The position numbers were made by a program, and so were the translations under genes. 64,000 nucleotides of DNA from an uncultured Gemmatimonadota bacterium (GTDB taxonomy: Bacteria; GCA-2686955), in NCBI GenBank assembly GCA_964490075.1, contig CAZBBK010000007.1:64383-128382 (forward strand). Direction: 5' to 3'. This document shows, piece after piece, positions 63,941-64,000 of the stretch; positions within the stretch are counted from its first letter, which is position 1; every line of letters begins with the position of its first letter. Below the pieces are notes generated by a model, which worked only from the letters and a program-made list of their open reading frames with translations, was not told the DNA's origin and ran no database searches.

Positions 63941-64000
63941 CTCCGCTCTTCGCTCACGATCTTCACCGAGGCGCTGGCGCCGATCCTGCTGGCCCCGGCC
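63941..64000 (-). CDS. 3' end of an unidentified minus-strand gene continuing beyond the window
   Basis: Open frame '...AGASRIGASASVKIVSEERSSAA*' with stop at 63941-63943. Confidence 0.25.

Overview
This is a high-GC (about 70%) bacterial chromosomal segment. Roughly 95% of the coding capacity is on the minus strand, and intergenic gaps are tiny, with many 4-nt start/stop overlaps. Three things suggest an FCB-group or Gemmatimonadota-like organism: a TIGR04183-type C-terminal 'NPFNPST' type IX secretion sorting domain on an LVIVD beta-propeller protein, a fused LpxC/FabZ, and Asp-box (BNR) and LamG secreted proteins.

Content from left to right:
- An FG-GAP repeat protein fragment.
- A B12-dependent acyl-CoA mutase module (icmF, a stand-alone B12-binding subunit and meaB).
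- guaA and purH.
- A degraded LVIVD gene remnant.
- A PAS sensor with a Cys-rich zinc-ribbon tail.
- A secreted lipin-like (LNS2) HAD phosphatase.
- A secreted Asp-box protein and a LamG-like protein.
- dapF with an Ig-like lipoprotein and a CYTH protein.
- thiC and an M20 deacylase.
- The outer-membrane biogenesis block bamA-skp-lpxD-lpxC/fabZ-lpxA.
- A protein-arginine-kinase module mcsA-mcsB-clpC with no ctsR.
- lolDE, lysS, prfB (with its classic programmed +1 frameshift site), coaE and polA.
- A Lys-rich secreted repeat protein beside an orphan OmpR-type response regulator.
- A divergent small secreted Cys protein.
- An approximately 19-kb all-minus-strand glycoconjugate/LPS-core-like cluster: a WecA-like transferase, a PMT/ArnT-like GT-C, three GT1, three GT2 and two GT9, with rsmI, nadE, a split nitrilase-domain partner, an LVIVD/type IX secretion cargo, a HAD-IB phosphatase, a CE4 deacetylase and galE.
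- An orphan Flp-type pilin with an AT-rich leader.
- Thymidine phosphorylase.
- A G-rich low-complexity tract near the window end.

No tRNA, rRNA, CRISPR array, transposase or phage gene was recognised. Gene starts that I refined by hand are approximate to within a few nucleotides.
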